Made by a program: the position numbers and the translations under genes. From Candidatus Poribacteria bacterium (lineage in GTDB: Bacteria > Poribacteria > WGA-4E > UBA9662), in NCBI GenBank assembly GCA_036339735.1, contig JAYZAL010000017.1, forward strand, positions 1 to 11,076: a stretch of 11,076 nucleotides of DNA, in the 5' to 3' direction. The notes beneath the pieces were generated by a model that searched no databases, was not told where the DNA came from, and saw only the letters and a program-made list of their open reading frames with translations. Numbering within the stretch: the stretch's first letter is position 1; every line of letters starts with the position of its first letter. Below, in pieces: positions 8,311-11,076 of the stretch.

Positions 8311-9531
8311 TTTTTTTTTCAAAAGTATTAGGTCGGGTTGTATTTGTTGAATTACCAAGTCAGTTGATCTAGAAATACCAACCAACACCTGCAGAGATTT
8401 TCTAGCATAAGCTGGTTGTGAATCCAGTTTACTTGCAGCGTCATCAATTAGTGACTGAATGGCCGCCGGATCAACTTTCGCTAATTTAGCGAAAGTTTGC
8501 CCAGCTAAATCCCAAGCTTTGGCTTTTTTGTAACAAACTCCTAACTGAAGGTAAACATCCGATTTTTGGATGCCTAGAGCGACTGTTTTTTCCAAACAAG
8601 CGCCAGCTTTTAAATGATCCCCAATCATGAAAAACCGCTGCCCCAGATTCATTACCACATCATCTAGGAGTACGCCATTGCCAATTAAGCTATCCCTAAC
8701 TTCTCCAACTTCTAGCATACCACTTTCTTCAAGTAATGTCCTAGCGTTATGTTTGAAAACAGTCGAACTTTTCCAACTGTTGATTTCTATCTGGGCATTA
8801 GGGCGAGACAAGGGGCCAACACCTGCTTCCGAAGTCTGTCTTCTAAGACTATCACTATCAGCGTCAGTCATTTGTAACGGAGCATCTGACATTACTTTTT
8901 GATTGCCCTTTTCAGTTATTCCTCCTAGAGCTACTAGTATTGGCTCAATTTCCAACCTGCGTTCTGGAAAATCTCTCAATACTTGGAGGTAAGTCCGTCG
9001 AGCCAAACTCGTTTGGTCGGTATTTTGATAAATTTCTGCTACGCGTAACAAAACCTCAACGTCCTCTTCTGTTTTGGTAAATCGATGCTGATAGTCTTGG
9101 TACGCATCCAATGCCTGATCAAATAAATTTTGGTGAAATAAGCAGTCGGCAATCCGTTTTTTCGCCCGTGCTATTTGTGAGTCATTCGCAAAATCGAGAG
9201 CAAATTGCAGATACCGAGTACGAGATTGAGTGTAATTTTGTGCTTGAAAGTGGTGTTCAGCCAGCTCCAGCAAAGCGATACCAGCCTGAGAAGAAGTTGG
9301 TCGCAGATCAATGATCTTTTGGAAAATTTGCAGAGCTTTTTCTATTTCTTTAAATTCATGATAATAAAGTAGGGCAGCGTCAAGCCTTGCTTGCTGAGCT
9401 TCCGAGGAAGTTAGAGGGTTAGATGCTGCAATTACAGAGTACTGACGTAGGGACTCTCTCAAGTCATTTTCTGCCGGAGGTATTGGATTTGCCAAGTGAC
9501 AACTGACCAAAGCTAGGCAACACATCCCCAA
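8308..9531 (-). CDS. Tetratricopeptide repeat protein, probable lipoprotein (start uncertain, may be 9546, 9555 or 9573)
   Basis: Lipobox-like LALVS|C near the N-terminus. N-terminal BamD-like TPRs (RPTSSQAGIALLELAEHHF, IADCLFHQNLFDQALDAYQ) are followed by a linker and C-terminal TPRs (VYLQLGVCYKKAKAWDLA). Confidence 0.82.
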   Translation of the reverse strand: MGMCCLALVSCHLANPIPPAENDLRESLRQYSVIAASNPLTSSEAQQARLDAALLYYHEFKEIEKALQIFQKIIDLRPTSSQAGIALLELAEHHFQAQNYTQSRTRYLQFALDFANDSQIARAKKRIADCLFHQNLFDQALDAYQDYQHRFTKTEEDVEVLLRVAEIYQNTDQTSLARRTYLQVLRDFPERRLEIEPILVALGGITEKGNQKVMSDAPLQMTDADSDSLRRQTSEAGVGPLSRPNAQIEINSWKSSTVFKHNARTLLEESGMLEVGEVRDSLIGNGVLLDDVVMNLGQRFFMIGDHLKAGACLEKTVALGIQKSDVYLQLGVCYKKAKAWDLAGQTFAKLAKVDPAAIQSLIDDAASKLDSQPAYARKSLQVLVGISRSTDLVIQQIQPDLILLKKK

Positions 9532-9588
9532 GAAGCGTCGAGACAGACGAAAAATATGACCTGTCCAGTTAATTTTTGGTTACCAAGT

Positions 9589-10884
9589 TTAAGCGAATAG
9601 TGGTTGAATCAACTGACCTTCGCTTACCACTCGGATGGGGCGACCAGACCGAGAGTAATTTTCGTGATTGTGGTCAATTCCAAGAGCAAAACAAAGCGAG
9701 GCAAATACATCTTGAACCGAAACCTGCCCCGATAAGACCTTCCCTTCATTATCCGTTTGTCCTATAACTTGTCCGCCTCGTACACCGCCACCTGCTAATG
9801 CCATTGACCAACCATTGGGAAAGTGGTCTCGACCTTCATCTTTGTTGATTTTTGGAGTTCGGCCAAACTCTCCCATCCAAATTACCAATGTTTTATCGAG
9901 AAGCTCACGCTCTGACAAGTCATTGATCAGGCTCGCGAATGCAGGATCAACAACCTGCATTAGATTACCAACGCGAGTGAAATTATCGTCATGAGTATCC
10001 CAACCGTCCAATGAAATTTCGACAAACTTGACGCCTCGCTCGATTAGTCTACGGGCCATTAGACAACCTTGACCGAACTGATTCATGCCATAAGCCTGGC
10101 GAATGGCCATCGGCTCTTCCTGTAATTCGAAAGCTTTTTTTCGTTCTGAATTGATCATCTTGTCAGCTTTTTTGTAAATGGCTTGGTGTGCTTCGGTGCT
10201 TCTACCAGAACGATTACGTAGAAAATCCTTTTCTAAATCCTGTAACATCTTCAAACGGTTTTGAAAACGGTGTGCGTCCATCTGTTCCGGATATTCGATG
10301 TCGTCGATTGGTTCCAATGGGTTACTGACTACGAATGGGTCGTGCGACGCATTCAAGAAACCACTGTTAAAACTAGGAGAATTTATGTTTATGCAGTGCG
10401 GGAGTTCAAAGGATTCGTTTCCCAAATAGTGAGAAACTAATGACCCAAAGGTTGGGTGCTTGACCGACCCAGTAGGTGCATAACCCGTATGTAGTAAGTA
10501 GCGGGCACGTTCGTGATTTCCCTCTCTGGTTGCCATGGATCGGATCACCGCTAGATGGTGTGCTTGCTCAGCCAGCAAAGGCAAAGTTTCAGCAAATTGC
10601 AAACCTGGAACACTAGTACTAACGGTTTTGAATGGACCACCATTTGGTGAGTTCGGTTTAGGGTCGAATGTGTCTAGTTGGCTGGGGCCACCATTCATGA
10701 ACATGACGATACAGTGCTCCGCCAACGGCGCAGGCTGTGTAGTCTGTGCAAATGTCATCAACTGAGCTTGTTTCATTGCAATCGCTCCTATGAAACTGCT
10801 CATTCCAAATTTGAGAAACCGTCGCCTTGACAGATCCTGTGGGCAAAAATCAGGCGCATTAGGATCTTTCGAATCAAATGACAT
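9589..10884 (-). CDS. DUF1501 domain protein with twin-arginine (Tat) signal
   Basis: Tat motif SRRRFLK followed by an h-region. Hallmark DUF1501 motifs GGPSQLDTFDPK, FGQGCLMARRLIERGVKFV, GWDTH, GEFGRTP, GRDH and AGGGVRGGQVIG are present. Possible RBS AGGT lies at 10892-10895. Confidence 0.92.
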   Translation of the reverse strand: MSFDSKDPNAPDFCPQDLSRRRFLKFGMSSFIGAIAMKQAQLMTFAQTTQPAPLAEHCIVMFMNGGPSQLDTFDPKPNSPNGGPFKTVSTSVPGLQFAETLPLLAEQAHHLAVIRSMATREGNHERARYLLHTGYAPTGSVKHPTFGSLVSHYLGNESFELPHCININSPSFNSGFLNASHDPFVVSNPLEPIDDIEYPEQMDAHRFQNRLKMLQDLEKDFLRNRSGRSTEAHQAIYKKADKMINSERKKAFELQEEPMAIRQAYGMNQFGQGCLMARRLIERGVKFVEISLDGWDTHDDNFTRVGNLMQVVDPAFASLINDLSERELLDKTLVIWMGEFGRTPKINKDEGRDHFPNGWSMALAGGGVRGGQVIGQTDNEGKVLSGQVSVQDVFASLCFALGIDHNHENYSRSGRPIRVVSEGQLIQPLFA

Positions 10885-10937
10885 AAATGTTACCTATCAC
10901 ATGAGTTTTTAGTCGAAAAAACCAGTTTAGAAATTCG

Positions 10938-10967
10938 ATTATAGCAAAAAAGGCGATCCAAAATCAA
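10938..10967 (-). promoter_or_regulatory. Sigma70-type promoter for the DUF1501-led gene cluster
   Basis: Perfect extended -10 TGCTATAAT (10946-10938) with -35-like TTGATT (10967-10962), an 18-bp spacer, and about 55 nt to the DUF1501 ATG. Confidence 0.65.
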
Positions 10968-10980
10968 TCTGGATCGCCTT
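10946..10980 (-). terminator. Intrinsic terminator after tRNA-Asn
   Basis: Minus strand reads AAGGCGATCCA-gattgattt-TGGATCGCCTT-TTTT, a perfect 11-bp stem plus U tract, 7 nt after the tRNA 3' end. Confidence 0.85.
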
Positions 10981-10987
10981 GTTAAAA

Positions 10988-11060
10988 CTCCCCCGGACGG
11001 GCTCGAACCGCCGACCTAGTGGTTAACAGCCACCCGCTCTACCAACTGAGCTACGGAGGA
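10988..11060 (-). tRNA. tRNA-Asn (anticodon GTT)
   Basis: TCCTCCGTAGCTCAGTTGGTAGAGCGGGTGGCTGTTAACCACTAGGTCGGCGGTTCGAGCCCGTCCGGGGGAG folds as a full 73-nt cloverleaf with U1-A72 pair, anticodon loop CTGTTAA, T-loop TTCGAGC and discriminator G. CCA is not encoded. Confidence 0.97.
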
Positions 11061-11076
11061 AACTGCACCGCTTAGC

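Noticed and set aside
8300..8319. A9 run at the lipoprotein stop (AAA AAA AAA TGA) as a slippage site fusing it to the sigma factor
   Set aside because: The sigma-frame ATG at 8311 reads only M-N-G-stop, and another in-frame TGA precedes the sigma start, so no fusion is possible.
9576..9586. TTGGT-T-ACCAA palindrome after DUF1501 as a terminator
   Set aside because: A 5-bp arm with a 1-nt centre and no U tract on the coding strand is too weak.
7244..10846. Short ORFs 7244-7453, 7858-8058, 8627-8902, 9111-9314, 9576-9767, 10535-10765 and 10658-10846
   Set aside because: They overlap confident genes and have no independent support.
10981..11060. tRNA 3' end as an integration site, making the cluster a genomic island
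   Set aside because: No integrase or transposase, no duplicated tRNA 3' fragment seen in the window, and an intact terminator follows the tRNA.
1..11076. CRISPR array, defence system or nucleotide-level tandem repeats
   Set aside because: No regularly spaced DNA repeats, and no nuclease, RT or toxin motifs were seen. The repeats present are at protein level only.

Overview
Bacterial chromosomal window with every credible gene on the minus strand and no mobile element or CRISPR. In transcription order (right to left): tRNA-Asn(GTT) with an intrinsic terminator, a Tat-exported DUF1501 protein, a TPR lipoprotein, an ECF sigma factor, a zinc-finger (zf-HC2/ZAS) transmembrane anti-sigma factor, a 1557-aa exported TPR protein, a terminator, a xylose-isomerase-like TIM-barrel isomerase/epimerase, and an exported HEAT/PBS-lyase repeat protein that runs off the left edge (absent from the ORF track). 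The gene content (DUF1501, giant TPR, HEAT repeats, ECF) resembles Poribacteria or Planctomycetes/PVC-type genomes; this is inference only. The best candidate for an undescribed system is the five-gene unit DUF1501 / TPR lipoprotein / ECF sigma / anti-sigma / giant TPR. It is bounded by terminators, begins at a sigma70-type promoter overlapping the tRNA terminator, and has two tandem ECF-promoter-like motifs (AAC-N18-GTCTA) just upstream of the sigma gene. All calls were made by eye, without database searches.
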